Source: Octopus sinensis
Taxonomy: Eukaryota
Assembly (NCBI RefSeq): GCF_006345805.1
Contig: NC_042997.1
Span: forward strand, 194,370,001 to 194,434,000
Length of the DNA: 64,000 nucleotides
Reading direction: 5' to 3'
Part shown: in pieces, positions 1 through 60,337 of the stretch
How positions within the stretch are numbered: position 1 is the first letter of the stretch
How the letters are laid out: every line of letters begins with the position of its first letter
Translations under genes and position numbers: made by a program
Notes under the pieces: model-generated
Told to the model about the DNA's origin: nothing
Database searches by the model: none
Seen by the model: only the letters and a program-made list of their open reading frames with translations

Positions 1-570
1 AACCGCGTGTAGTTGTTTCATACAATGAAGGGATGAGCGGGGGTCGATCACTTAGATCAGCTGGTGATAATACACAAGTTGGTGATAAAATTTGTGAAAT
101 GGTACAAAAAAATTTTTCTAGTATATAGTTGACATGTTTGTCGTGAACTCACATTTGATTTGGCAGATGCTTGGCGGTGTGGGGGATGGATTGACATTCA
201 GGAATATATTGTTCCGTGGAATGATAGAAGCACAGAACGCGTGAACGTCCCCACTCCTCACCGCATCGGTGAAGGGAAGTGGACATTTTGCACGACTGCT
301 TCCCACCCCAACAACGCCAAGAAGACAAATTATTCGAAGAGACGCACAGTATGTAAAGCAAAAGGGAAACATAAGGAAACTAGACACCATCGTTCACAAT
401 GTGATACGTCACTGTGCGTGGTACCCTGTTTCGAAGTCAACCACACTAAAGTCAGTTTTTGAATTCACGTGATTATAAATACATTAAGTTGAGTGATCTT
501 ATTCAGGAATAATATCGCACGAGCGTCCTTCATAGGGGTATAGTTTAGGTAAATAAACAATACTTGCACT

Positions 571-963
571 CACAAGCGTAGCTAGAGGGTGAGGTAGGGG
601 CGGCCCGTTCCGGGCGGCAACTTTCATCCTGTTGTAGGCTATTGCTGTAGGCAATCGAGCTGGCAGAATCGTTATCACGCGGGGCAAAATGCTTAGCGGT
701 ATTTCGTCTGCCGTTACGTTCTGAGTTCAAATTCCGCCGAGGTCGACTTTGCTTTTCATCCATTCGGGGGGGTCGATTAAATAAGTACCAGTTACGTAAT
801 GGGGTCGATATAATCGACTTAGTCCCTTTGTCGGTCCTTGTTTGTCTCCTCTATGTTTACCCCCTTGTGGGCAATAAAGAAATAAATATGTTTTTGTGTG
901 TGGGGTCCGGGGGCGGCAAACGGAAGGGGCGCCCGGGTGGCACACACTCTAGCTATGCTAGTG
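571..963. mobile_element. hAT-like MITE nested in the piggyBac relic
   Basis: About 21-bp imperfect TIRs (cacaagcgtagctagagggtg / cacactctagctatgctagtg); perfect 8-bp TSD CTTGCACT at 563-570 and 964-971. Confidence 0.75.
647..886 (+). mobile_element. tRNA-derived SINE family A (Meta/MESC-like core), nested in the MITE
   Basis: B-box-like GAGTTCAAATTCC followed by a match to the core gactttgcctttcatcctttcggggtcgat..aagtaccag shared by dozens of copies in this window. Confidence 0.8.
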
Positions 964-1559
964 CTTGCACTAAAGCGGTTGGCGTAAATGTATGCCGAAC
1001 GTTATCTCGCACTGAGTGCTGACCTCAATCAGCGCGATTACCGTTACTGAGCGCCGGCAACCGAATGAATCATTGCTGTAAACTGGTTTAAGCGAACCAT
1101 TGTCGTGCGCTAATTGCTGGTCTCAGCCGAGATGATTACCGTCAATGCAACCTAGTTGCTTGATAAAAAAAAAACCGTTGTCATGGGGTTAAAGATGGCA
1201 AGATGGTCCTCGTCGCTCCAACGGACGAACTTATGTATGATCTTTTCTGTTTTTAATTAATTAATTTTCCTTTGAAGAAGGAGCTGGTTTCTAACAATGA
1301 TACAAAGCTCCATCGTTGTCAACGAAAACAATGTCACAGCTGAAACCTAAGAAAAGTCTTGCATAGTTTTACTGTTCCGCTTACAGACTATATTTGTAAT
1401 GTGCGAGTCAGTTGGTTGTTTTCTTTTTCTGAAAATCCAAGCTTATCCAGATTGACAGTTTACAACATGAAACTGTGAAACGTAAAAAAAAAAGAAAGAA
1501 TAATGATCTTTGATTTTGGCAGAATGTAGAATGAACTGGAAAGATTTATTGAGAGGACC

Positions 1560-2290
1560 AACGTCTCATTATTTGCAACATTAATTCTCATCCCTGCCTT
1601 GCAGCACTCGACAACACACCTATTTAGTGCATGCTAGAGATCACCTTCTGATGAGCCAAGTAGCACCGTGTCGTCTGCAAATATCAACCGACCAACCCTA
1701 CAACCACCGCGTGTGATACCACTCCCACAACAGCTATACATGCCTGTCCAGTTCATAAAAGGTATGAAAAGGTGAAGTGACAATACACACCCCTGCCAAA
1801 CTCCAACACCTACATGAATAGGTTTCAACTTCGCACTGTTTGCTCAAACACAAATATCTGGGCTTTTGCATAGGGACTTCGCAGCAACCAGAAGTTGTCT
1901 GTTAATCTCAAATTCCTGAAAAAACTTTCACAATATGCGTTATCAAGGTCTTCGAAACAAACGTAGCCCTCTTGGCAAAATTCCCACGAGTTCTCGAAGA
2001 TTTGCGGTAGAATGAATATTTGATCAGGACGGAAGCCACACTGTTCTTCAGCAAACCTGAACTCAACAATTTTCCTACATGTCTTTGACACACGATTTTA
2101 TAGGGAAGTTCATCATGGACTCTTCTTCTGTAACTAAGACACACTCTCTTGTCTGCCTTCTTAAAAATTGGGATTATCACCTTCGATTACCATTGCTTTG
2201 ATGTCATTCCAGAGGTCCAACGCCATCGGGCATACACGAGTCAGCCAGAGAATACCTTTTCTGTTTATGGTTTTTGACATCTTCAGCTGA
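1560..2290 (-). mobile_element. RTE-like LINE reverse transcriptase relic
   Basis: Fragmented motifs IIPIFKK.DKRVCLSYR, EEQCGFRP, GVWQGCVLS and LIFADDTVLL in different frames. Confidence 0.8.
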
Positions 2291-2414
2291 ATTTCATCCT
2301 GGATTGAGAGTTTCTGAGAGGATGTGGGACACTCTTTTCTGTCTTATATTTCATCGCCAACATCCACTTGAGGGGTGAAGAACCTATCCAAAATTATTTG
2401 ATATTTATGGTGCA

Positions 2415-4962
2415 TTATGTCTGTGCAGAGCTTAGTGTAGTACCTGACCTCAAGTTACGTTCATCATTAGGGCTCTCAACAAAAACTTGCAGACCGTCTT
2501 CTCTTAGTGACAACCCATTAGCAGCATTCTTTGCAATCAATCTAAGTGGAGTTGCTGGAATTTGAGTATCGTCATTTATATTCTCAGCTTGCTTTAATTC
2601 AAACAATGCCAGCTCCTCGTTAGATAAATTTTTTATGAGATACTGATAACACCAATACGTCATTCTCTATGACTTCAAATCCTACATCATTTTCAGGTGT
2701 CACAATATCTTTCCGAACTTTATGCTTGTAGAAAACTTGTAACATCGTGGTTAATCTGGCTACATATTTTTCCGAAACACCATTCATAGTTGAGGGTTTT
2801 ATTTCACCCCTTGACTCAACTATGTTATCCGCAGCATCCACCGTGTTGAACGTTCTTCAAAGTCTCCCGCAGCAAGTTTATTCTCCCTGTCAATTGTACT
2901 CACATACTGTTTGAAAACTCAGACAATGTGTTTTCCAGTAAGCTATAACACTTAACACCTTGTGGCGAACTCTAGTGAGCTTCCTCTCTTATATCACATA
3001 CATATGAACGTAGCAGGTAACAGCTAACCTTTGGAGGTTGTTTTGGACCCCGTTGTGTCTACCACTCTGATTGGTTGGTATTGGCGCAATTTGTCTCTTA
3101 CTCTATCGCGCACCAATATGCAACCCAACCAATTGCAGCCTTCAAATAAATCACATGAGACAGTCTTTTCTAAAGAATAAAAAGCTTTGAATGGTACAAC
3201 AATACACTATAATATAAACAATGGGCTATATACCTGTTGTAATTTAGTCATCCATAGTCTGATATGATATTTCGGAATATAAAAATTCTTTCATCAGATA
3301 TTCTTAGAGTTGCTGCTATAATCGGTTTTCAAACAGCTTTTCTTTTTTATTTTGTGGAAGCGTCTCAGCAGTGGTCTCCCGATGCTCCTTCCGGAATTCC
3401 TTATGAGAAATGTGTGAGGTTGGCCATGTCTCAATCTCATGTGTGCTGGTATATCCGTAGCGCTGCTTCTAAGTTACGTATTAAACGTGCAGCTTCCTTT
3501 TTTTTTCCTTTGAGCCTACCCTCAGCTATAAAAGCTCACCTCCTTCTAGTCTTAGCGTCATGTGTTCCCGACCGTCTAAGGTCTAACCACTGACCACATT
3601 ACAGCGACCTCCGTCTTCGTTGCCACCACTGATGTCTCTTACCAACGTTGTCAACAACATCTGCACAGCACCAACACACTGCACTGGTTCTAACATATCG
3701 CTGTTCGTGAGCTTTCCTCGCCAGGGTTAACAGCTAACAACCCACGCAGAGGCATGTAGATATATGAATAAATGTCCATCAACCACTTCCATTCAGCTTG
3801 TGTATATATACGTATGACCACAATAAAGGTGTTTAAAGTTATCACCTTTGTTCCATGTATTTCTTTACCGGGTTCCTACTAAAATAAGATTACAGCCTTC
3901 TGAACGAAATCACATTAGATGGAATCCACCTATCCATCTAACACCTTGTCACTTCGGCTAGAGCAAAGAAGTATTTCTGAGGTATTTTCTGCTTTCCCAT
4001 TATCAGAAAACTAATTTCAGTTCCGCTTGGAGAATTGCCTAAAATGAGCAATACTTTGTTGGAAATATGTCTGACACTGTGCCTTTCTACATCAAGACAA
4101 AAGTGTTTGTGAACCACTTTACGAAATGGCTCTTAATCATCCATGCCTTCTTATTTAAATGATGAATCAGAAACAAATTAAACATTGCGTAACCCTTGAA
4201 AGTAATACATGACTAGAGGCTTTTAATTTCATTTCACCAACGGAATTTCCTTCTAGAGGAAACATCAGACGATTTTAGTAGCTTTAAATCCTGGCATTGA
4301 CTTTTGTCCTCGAGAACTAAAAGTTCTAATAGACATAAGCTTCTAGAAAAATGGAGTTTCATTAAGATTATTTACTTGCTCTGCTATGTTAGCCCCCGCA
4401 CCCGAATTCTTTTTATTTTACTTAATTATTTTAGCTGCGCAGGATAATTAGTAACAGCCTTTGTACAAGCAGTAACAGCTTCACCAGTCAATTTTATTTG
4501 TGCAAATTAAAGCATTTCTTAAAACATTAAAATCAGCCTTTACTAACCGGAGAATGTTTTTCATTAGTAGCTTCACCCTCGTTTTTCTAAAAATCATCTT
4601 GATTTTGGCTGTTATGAAATTGTTAAATTTAATTCTTGATCCATACACTCAAAAGCCGTCCCATTTTAAGCAACACATTAGATCTATGAAAAAAATTAGG
4701 TCCGTGCAATTAACGGAGTAACTTCATGAGCATTCGACTTAATTTTCTCCCTCCTGTCACGTAGAAGTTGCAAGCTTCAATATTTTGGTAATATCGCTGA
4801 CTTTTTCCGCACCAAACTTTTTAAAACATCAAGTTTAATACCCAAAATAATTCTTTTGCGGCTCCTTTTTGCACTACAGCCTTCGCTTCCATTTGAAAGA
4901 TTCCTTTCTGACATCTTGAATTGTAGGTAAATGCGGCGACGATGAGCAATTATCAACAACAA
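2415..4962 (-). mobile_element. Decayed Tigger/pogo (TIGD1-like) transposase, split by a ~1 kb insertion
   Basis: N-terminal KRSRKRIILGIKLDVLK (CENP-B-type HTH). DDE-region remnants NLNETPFF, KSMPGFKATK, KVLLILGN and NTSLL*PK*QGV. C-terminal DAADNI..TMNG and LSNEELAL..SPNDER. Many stops and frameshifts. Confidence 0.8.
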
Positions 4963-7197
4963 ATAAGCAGTAAAAATTACAACGCAGGGAAAGAACTGTT
5001 TTATGTCAGGATGTAAGAATGTTAATCAGAAGATCAAAGGATGAAGGAGTGAAATGGGAGGAAGCTGATTGTATGATCACAACTAGTTGGATGGTTGCTA
5101 GATTTACGAGCATTTAGTTCCTTTTGTTTCTTGCAACTCTGACTTGAAACATAAAAACTTAACACTCTACTCATGCATACACACATACATACACGCACAC
5201 AGCGTTATGTTGGTATACAATATATATAAGTAACGGGAGATATTGATTTGTAAACAATATTATGAAATGTCGGAGTCAGCAGTTGTATCGATAAAAATTT
5301 GTTGTTATAATTGCATACTGTAGGATGTGAAAGATGAACAATGCATGAAGTTTTGAGGAAATATATATTTACCGTTACGTTACAATACATTGCCTCGATG
5401 AGCAGGTTATGATAAATCCAAAAGCATGCGAAGTAAAGTTTGTGTTTGTGTTCTCTTCATTGTTTAGTAGTTATTACAGAGAGAAATAGAATGATGTTGT
5501 AAGAGAACAGAATTAGAGCTAGTGAGAGTTGTAGGGTGTGGAAGTTGTCTCACAGTTGCTGATAGTAAACTTCATTTCTCCCTCTGACCAAGGTTCTAGC
5601 TGCTCAGCTAGACTTCGTTGTCACCAAAGTGACTAACTGATTGAGTCGTCACCATGTGACTGGACTTGTTGAGTCGTCACCGACTGATTTTTGCTTGGGG
5701 TGTTCTTGCTTTTATAACTATCCAGAAGGATATACATATCATTGAGAACAATAGATTTAGTTGGTGGTCTTGTTATATCTCTATTCTAGCTTTTGGTGAA
5801 GTAGAAGAGGTTAGAAAGGGTCAAGTGGTGAAGACATTGTTTCGGCCTAGCTAAAGGCATCTGGAAAATGTAAAACTGCTGTCAGAGAAAAGCCATTGTT
5901 TCACCATGGGAAAAGTTCTGTTGCAGTGTTAATTTAAATTTGGCTATGGTGGATCGAATCCATTTCATGCATGCAAGATCCACTACATATGTATCTACAT
6001 ACATTGCTGCAGACATTGCTATCATTGTTATTACCAATTGATTATTCAAAAATTGGTGGGTTGGTGGTAAGGCTGATATCGGTTGTATTGTTTTTCCTGT
6101 AGGTGAAGGTGGAAGTATCGTTGGTGGCGGCGGTGGTTATACTTTTGCTAATTGTATTATTGTTGTTATTTCGTCTCGAGTCAGACTCCAATGACCAAAT
6201 ATCGAAGATCCTTCAGTCAATAATTAAAATACACGAGAGTACCACATTATCTCGTGTGATTCTTATATTTTATTAGCTTCATTTTATTTTAGAAGCAGTC
6301 GCTTGTTTTGTTCATGCTATTGTTGTGTTGTTGTTGATCATTAAGAAGTTGAGGGTTTTGTAATGATAAATTTCGCGAATTGTCGCCTGGATTTCGCGAA
6401 CTGCCGCCTGGGTGAATAAAAATCCGGTATACGCAATTGAAATGGTATCAAATTAAGATAACCTTCTATGTATCATTCTTAATGTATATATATACTTTCG
6501 ATGGCTCTGTTACTGCCGTTTCGTTCTGAGATAACATCTCAAATGGACGAACTAAAAACTTGAATATTGGAAGATGAAAATTTGATCCACTGACGACAAT
6601 ACTGGATGCAGCTTGGGCTTTTTATGCATTTTCAAAGACGAATAATCATGTACGTGTGTAATACATAGCAGACAGGCTATGGAACATGAAGCGCAGGGAA
6701 TGGGTAACGAAAATTCGCTCCCTGTCGGAGTGAGGCTTGACATCCCCACGTCCCCCTCTCGGTTCACTTCTAAAGAAAGAGAGTGGACGTCATGGAGGGG
6801 GTCATGAGCTAAGTCCGGCGGGAGCTGAAAACCCTTCACTACCAGGGTATGAGCAGGGTTAGATTAACCTAAATAGGCGCTATGTCTGGTATACATCAGC
6901 GTTATAAATGGTTATTCTGCGTATACTGGATTTTTACTCAGCCGAGCGGCAATTCACAACATCAGTGAAGGTTTTACTCATGGCATGCAGAAAGCTGTGA
7001 GTATATGTCACTGAAAAGGTCCAAAAAGGTTGAAGTGCATCTGGCATTCTCGCTGGCCGCTGCCAGGACGAATTTTCGTCTCCCTCTGCTATGTATTGTT
7101 TTTGACACTGCACGTCCTTTGGAGATGTTTTTGCAGGGTAAATACCGCAGCAGATGAACTATTAACGGTATATATGCACTAAGCATGATACACAGAT

Positions 7198-7378
7198 GGC
7201 TATGTATGTATGTATGTATGTATGTATGTATGTATGTATGTAGGTAGGTAGGGAGGTACATAGGTAGGTAGGCAGGCAGGCAGGCAGGCAGCCAGGTAGG
7301 TAGGTAGGTAGGTAGGTAGGGAGGGAAGGATGCGGGCAGGTAAGTAGGTAGGTATGCATACAGGCATGTATGCATATT

Positions 7379-7425
<47 letters not shown>

Positions 7426-7460
7426 ATGCACGTGTGTATGTATGTGTATATTTATATATA
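7198..7460. repeat. Compound microsatellite (TATG)n/(TAGG)n/(CAGG)n/(TG)n
   Basis: Directly visible. Confidence 0.95.
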
Positions 7461-8350
7461 CAGGGTTCGTACAAAATAATGGAAACATCTCGCATCATAG
7501 CATCATAATTTTTAAATATCTGTAAAACCGTTAAAAGCTTGTTTATTTTTGTTTTATTATTAGTGTTGTTTAATATGTTTTACTAAAATTGGTGTTTCTT
7601 TTCAGATATCATCAGAAAAAGGTAATTAAAATTCATTAAAACGACAGATCTATCAAACTTTCAAAGAGGTCAAATTGTTGGTGCTCGTATGGGAGGCACT
7701 AGCGTAACGAAAACAGCCGAAATGTTTGGTGTGTCAGGAAGTACTGTCTTGTTTGTTCCTTCTCAAGCCATGCCTGGCTCATAAGGGCCGGTTTCCTTGG
7801 CGTATAGGTTCCCTACCTGGACGGGACACCGGTCCCTCGCAGGTGAACTGCAAGATACAGGAGGAAAGAGTGAGAGAAAGTTGTGGCGAAAGAGTGGGCA
7901 GAAGTTCGCTGTTACCTTCTGCCGGAGCTGCGTGGAGCTTAGGTGTTTCGCTCATAAACACACACATCGCCCGGTCTGAGATTCAAACCCGCGATCCCTC
8001 GACCGCGAGTCCGCTGCTCTAACCATTAGGCCATGTGTCTCCACAAGAAGTACTGTCTCGAAAGTAATGACAGCCTTTGAGGAAGAGGGAAAGATCTTCT
8101 CGTCGAAACAAAACACCGGAAGAAAACCAAAATTTTTCAGATAGGGACCGTCGGACTCTTACGCGAATTGTTAGAAAGGATCACAAAAGTATAACTCCCC
8201 AAATTACTGCAGAGCTTAATGACCACCTCGAGAACCCAGTTTCCACAAAAATGTTCGCCGTGAGCTGCACAAATTTCACGGGAGGGCTGCAATCAGAAAA
8301 CCACTACTTTCAAAAACAAACGTTGGAAAGCGTCTGGAGTGAAGTAAAAA
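7459..8350 (+). mobile_element. Tc1-like transposon relic (5' TIR and N-terminal transposase)
   Basis: TA+CAGGGTTCGTACAAAATAATGGAAACA end; DLSNFQRGQIVGARMGG..AEMFGVS and DRDRRTLTRIVRK..ITAELN..NPVST motifs. Confidence 0.8.
7750..8046 (-). mobile_element. tRNA-derived SINE family C inserted in the Tc1 relic
   Basis: 12-bp TSD GAAGTACTGTCT at 7738-7749 and 8047-8058; A-box-like tggcctaatggttagag on the - strand. Confidence 0.8.
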
Positions 8351-8450
8351 AACCCTCGTATGTTGAGAAAGCTTAATCATATTCTTCAGGCGCAAACCAC
8401 ATATCGTAACGCTTTAGCACATGTATTGTGACCTTTAAATAAATAATATC

Positions 8451-8790
8451 TAGTTCAAATTCCGCCGAGGTCAACTTTGCCTTTCATCCTTTCGGGGTCG
8501 ATAAATTAAGTACCAGTTGCTTACTGGGCCCTCGACTGGCCTCTCCCCCAACATTTCGGGCCTTGTGCCTAGAGTAGAAAGTATTTTAGCACAAGGCCAA
8601 CAGTTTCGAGGAAGAGGCTAAGTCGATTACATCGACTCCATTGTTCAACTGGTACTTATTTTATCGACTCCGAGGGGATGAACGGCGAAGTTATCCTCGG
8701 CGGAATTTGAACTCAGAACGTAGCGGCAGACGAAATACCCGCTAAGCATTTCGCCCAGCGTGCTAACGATGCCGCCAACTCACCGCCTTA
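8451..8790. mobile_element. Two family A SINE copies in opposite orientation
   Basis: Core motif on + at about 8451-8520 and on - at about 8620-8790. Confidence 0.75.
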
Positions 8791-9142
8791 GTTTCTTTAA
8801 ATATTACATACTTTAATGCACTAAAAATGTTTTCCTGAATATGCGTTGCTAAAATTGGGCTACGCTTAATATATCCATGTGTCTTTTATGCTATCAAATG
8901 CGGTACTTTTACTGATGCCCCCCATCAATAGTTTCTCTCTCTTTTTTCTCTCCCTCACCGTTTCTTTCTCCCTCTCTCGTTCCCATTCTCTTTTGCTGAT
9001 CCTTAATGATTTATTATATGAAGTAGGAATTATCTCCCTTCTTTTAAGTAATTTTAAGTTATTTCCCTTTACACACATTTTTCACTGACTTCGACTGCTT
9101 TGCTGTTTGTGGATATAGAGTGTAGAAAGATGATAAAAATAT

Positions 9143-9331
9143 AATAATACAATTGCAGCGTGGAAGGTGTTTATAAGCCATTTAGAAACAGAAAAAAAAA
9201 CGTTAGAATCACTACAACATTTAAATTTAATTTGCCTGACAAATTAAATTTAAATGTTGAAGTGAATCTAACGGATTTTGTGTGTTTCTTAAATGGCTTA
9301 TAAACACCTTCCACGCTGCGATTGTATTATT
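9143..9331. repeat. Near-perfect palindrome (about 90-bp arms, 5-nt loop)
   Basis: ...acatttaaatttaatttg cctga caaattaaatttaaatgt...; outer arms gcagcgtggaaggtgtttataagccattt / aaatggcttataaacaccttccacgctgc. Confidence 0.9.
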
Positions 9332-9394
9332 GTTTTTGCTTCAGCACACGATCTCATATCAAGGCACCTGCTATGCAAGTACATCTCTGTAAAT

Positions 9395-9463
9395 AGAAGA
9401 AGAAGAAGAAGAAGAAGAAGAAGAAGAAGAAGAAGAAGAAGAAGAAGAAGAAGAAGAAGAAGA
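9395..9463. repeat. (AAG)n microsatellite
   Basis: Directly visible. Confidence 0.95.
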
Positions 9464-9731
9464 AAATTACACATAAGCATTTATTGATGGCACCGAAAGG
9501 GACAATTAATGAGATTCCCTATTGTGCTAAGACGAGACACTATTAGTATTAGCTTGGTGTCCTTTATTGTTCTGTAAACTCAAGTCAGCACTGTTGGAGC
9601 AGACGTAAGATCGAAAGGATTGTAACTGTCTCACACCCCAAACATTAGGGTATGATTTAAGAGAGATTTCGCTGTTGTTTCAAGCTGCTCGAACGACACC
9701 GTAGAATCTCTTTCATTGACTTTTTATGTGT

Positions 9732-10113
9732 ACTAACAGTATCGCCCGGCGTTGCTCGGGTTTGTTTCGACCCTTTAGAATTGAAATTTAACAAGCTACA
9801 TGTGCATTATGTAGCTTGTTATTCTCAAGTGAACATTTTTCTGGTTGAAATACACCGAAAAATGGCGACACAGCAGTCAAAAAATCGTTAAAAAAATAGG
9901 GATTTTCATAGAAAAAAAAGCACCTTTTTGATGTAAATAATTTTTGGTGTTAACATGGTCCGATTTGAATTTTTTTTTCTACGGAATGAAGAGCAAGCCT
10001 TCTTCTATCATACTCTCAATTTTGGTCAACTTGCAGGGTCTCGGAGGAGATAGTGTTAGTTGAAGGCTACCAAACCAGCCATACACAGACAACTTCAGCC
10101 TTATATATAAAGA
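9732..10113 (-). mobile_element. Non-autonomous Helitron-like element, copy 1
   Basis: On - strand starts A|TC and ends with hairpin cccgagcaacgccggg then a degenerate CTAG; nearly identical to 11424-11819. Confidence 0.7.
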
Positions 10114-11318
10114 TTTAGCAGAATCGTTTGGCCGTAAGACTGTCCTTCTTTCAGTATTTGTTCCAAGTCTTTACGTTCTCGGTTCAAATTCCGCCGAGGT
10201 CAGCTTCCAACACCATCATCATCATCCCTAGACATTATTGTCTCGAGTTTTAGGACTCATAGGACCAATTATCTAGTTTCCATGGCTTATAAGTGTCCGA
10301 AATCATAGCATCTACATCGACCCCCACCTGAATGGAACATTAATCTGTCGTAGGGTGTACCCATCTACAGCTGAGTGGACTGCAGCAACGTGAAAGGAAG
10401 CATTTTGTTCAAGAACACAACGTACCAGTCAGTACGGGAATTGAAACTACGATGCTACGATCGTGAATACAATATCGTGACCAATGTCGTATATAGGCAT
10501 AGGCAAAGTAGGCAATTGCGCAGGGGCCTCACAGGTTCAAGGGCCCAATTATGATCTATGTATGCTGTGGTTTACCGTCAATAAATAACACAACAAGGAC
10601 GACCCGGTGCATCGGTTTGTCCGGGAGCCTATAATGGTACTAAGACAGCCTTGACCCTAACCACTTGGCCACGCGCCTTCACTTTTCATCCTTTCGAGAA
10701 TGATAAAACAAAGTACCAGTCAAGTACCAGTGGGGGATATATTTGACTAACCCCGCACCCCGGATTTCTAGACGTTCATTAAGTGTTGTGGTGTGGGCGG
10801 TAGAGTGGTAGAATCGTTAGACCGTTGGACAAAATATTTTGATGTTCAACTTTGCTTTTCTTCCTATCAGAGTCCATGAAATAGAGCACCAGTCAAGTAC
10901 TGGGAGTAATTTGAACGGCTAACCTCTTCCTTCAAATTGTTGACTTTGTTTCCAAAGAAAATTTTATAAAGGGAGGCGAGCGCCAAACAAAATACCTTGT
11001 GGTGTTTAGTTGCGTCGCTTTATGTTTGAGTTCCACCCACGCTGGTACCAACTTCCTCTTCCTATCCTTCCAAGGGTTATAAAGCATTGATCACACATTT
11101 GTAGTCAGATGCGTACCTTGCACGCCGGACAAAATATTTAGTGGCATTTCGTCCGTCTTCACGTTATAAGTTCAAATCCCTCCAAGCTCAACTTTGCCTT
11201 TCCTCTTTTCGGGGTCGATAAAATAAGTACCAGTTGAGCACTGAGATCGATGTAATCGACTTACCCCTCTCCCGAAATTGCTGGCCTTGTGCCAAAATTT
11301 GAAATCAATATTACTGTA

Positions 11319-11988
11319 TACAGTAACTCCTCGACTATCGCAGGTGTTACGTTACAAAATCCGCCGTGATAGGTGAAAATCCGCGAAGTAGAAATAATAC
11401 CGCACTGTATTTTTTTATATATAACTAGCAGTATCGCCCGGCGTTGCTCGGGTTTATTTCGACCCTTTAGAGTTGGAATTTTTGAAAAGTATAAATTTTG
11501 CATTATGTAGCTTGTTATTCTCTTTAAGTGAACATTTTTCTGGTTGAAATACACCGAAAAATGGCGATACAGCAGTAAAAAAAATCGTAAAAAATAGGGA
11601 TTTTCATAGAAAAAAAAGCACCTTTTTGATGTAAATAATTTTTGGTGTTAACATGGTCCGATTTGAATTTTATCTTCTACGGAATGAAGAGCAAGCCTTC
11701 TTCTATCATACTCTCAATTTTGGTCAACTTGCGCCCCAGGATCTCGGAGGAGATAGTGTTAGTTGAAGGCTACCAAACCTGCCATACACAGACAACTTCA
11801 GCTTTATATAGAGAGAGATTTACATATATTGTTTTTATTATAAATGCAAAAACAACACCACAGAGAAATCGACGTAAGCTTAAATAATAAACCGCGATAG
11901 GTAAACCGCGATAGGTAAACCGCGATAGGTAAACCGCGATAGGTAAACCGCGATAGGTAAACCGCGATATGGCGAGGGATTACTGTAT
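11319..11988. mobile_element. Tigger/pogo-like MITE containing a Helitron and a 14-bp tandem repeat
   Basis: TA-flanked TIRs tacagtaactcctcg / cgagggattactgta; (aaaccgcgataggt)x5 at about 11890-11970; related copies at 17909-18119 and 22462-23581. Confidence 0.75.
11424..11819 (-). mobile_element. Non-autonomous Helitron-like element, copy 2
   Basis: On - strand 5' TC, GC hairpin, 3' CTAG|T; no TSD. Confidence 0.75.
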
Positions 11989-12604
11989 AAACCACATTGT
12001 TTTATATAAACTGGGTGTCACTTTTATTTGTACAGGCACAGTAATCAGCAACAGTGGAGCATAAAGCCGGCGCAAATGTTAACACAATATTATCTCAATG
12101 ACCCCGAAGGTGAAATCAACCTAAATTTAATTATACCAAACCGGCAGAAGGAAGGGGGAAAACTAAGAGCAATCCAAACTAGGTGTCGGGACAAATACTC
12201 CAGTCTTACACTCGGACCCACAACAAGGCCAGCAATTTGAAAAAAAAGTGTTAGTTGATTAAATCGACTCCAGTACCTGACTAGTACTTTATTTTATCGA
12301 CTCTGAAAGGATGAAAGAGAAATCTGACTTCGGAGGGATTTGAACGCAGAACATAAAGAGCTAAGATAAATACCACAAGGCATTTTGTCCTACGGGCTAA
12401 CGATTCAGTCATTAACTAAGTTGAGAAAGAATAACATATTTTTTGTTTATATCCATAATTCTTCTGCTCCGGTGTGAATCAGTTCATATTTCTTTTGCGA
12501 CACGGAACTTACCTTTCGCCCAAATAGTTTTTACCTAGGTCATCCGGCGCTCTGATCTGGTTTACCAGTAAGAACAGTATTCGATTGTCGTTTGTTAAAG
12601 CGAC

Positions 12605-59809
<47,205 letters not shown>

Positions 59810-59822
59810 GTAAGTCATCACC

Positions 59823-59856
<34 letters not shown>

Positions 59857-60337
59857 TCATCATCATTTAATGTCCACTTTTTATGCTGGCATGGGTTGGA
59901 CGGTTTGATTGAAAACTGGTAAGCTGGGGAACTGTCCCAGGTTTCAATCTGATTTGGCATGGTTTCTATGGCTGGATGCCCTTCCCAATGCTAACCACTT
60001 TACAGAGTGTAGTGGATGCTTTTTACGTGCCACTGGCACAGGTGCCAGTTACAAAACCCCAGCATTGGCCACAACTGTGATCTCACTTGGCTTGACAGAT
60101 CTTCTCAAGCACAGTATATTGCCAAAAGCGTTGGTCACTTGTCCCAGCCTCTGTGAAGCCACTGCCTTCATGTAATCTACAATAATAATACACTTGTGTA
60201 TTTCTCCATCACAACATATGAATGAGAAAGGAAGGGGTGATATATGAATAAGGAAGGAAGAGTTGAAAAAAATCAAACAGCGTTTCAACTCTGTGAGTAT
60301 ATGTGTGTGTATGCAAAAGAAAGGTATGTGAATGTTT

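Larger units (their letters stand above)
1..1192 (+). mobile_element. Decayed piggyBac (PGBD4-like) transposon, 3' part
   Basis: 1-120 encodes PRVVVSYNEGMSGVDHLDQ...KWYKKIF. 340-460 encodes the Cys-rich tail VCKAKG..KETR..QCDTSLCVVPCFEVNHT. Ends GGG followed by TTAA at 1189-1192. Frameshifted. Confidence 0.8.

Noticed and set aside
5400-7150. Possible exons or an LTR in non-repetitive-looking sequence
   Set aside because: No recognisable protein motif, consistent splice pair or element termini could be supported by eye.
8350-8395. - strand CTGAAGA followed by a stem II-like hairpin
   Set aside because: Truncated before GAAA and stem III, so not a complete hammerhead.
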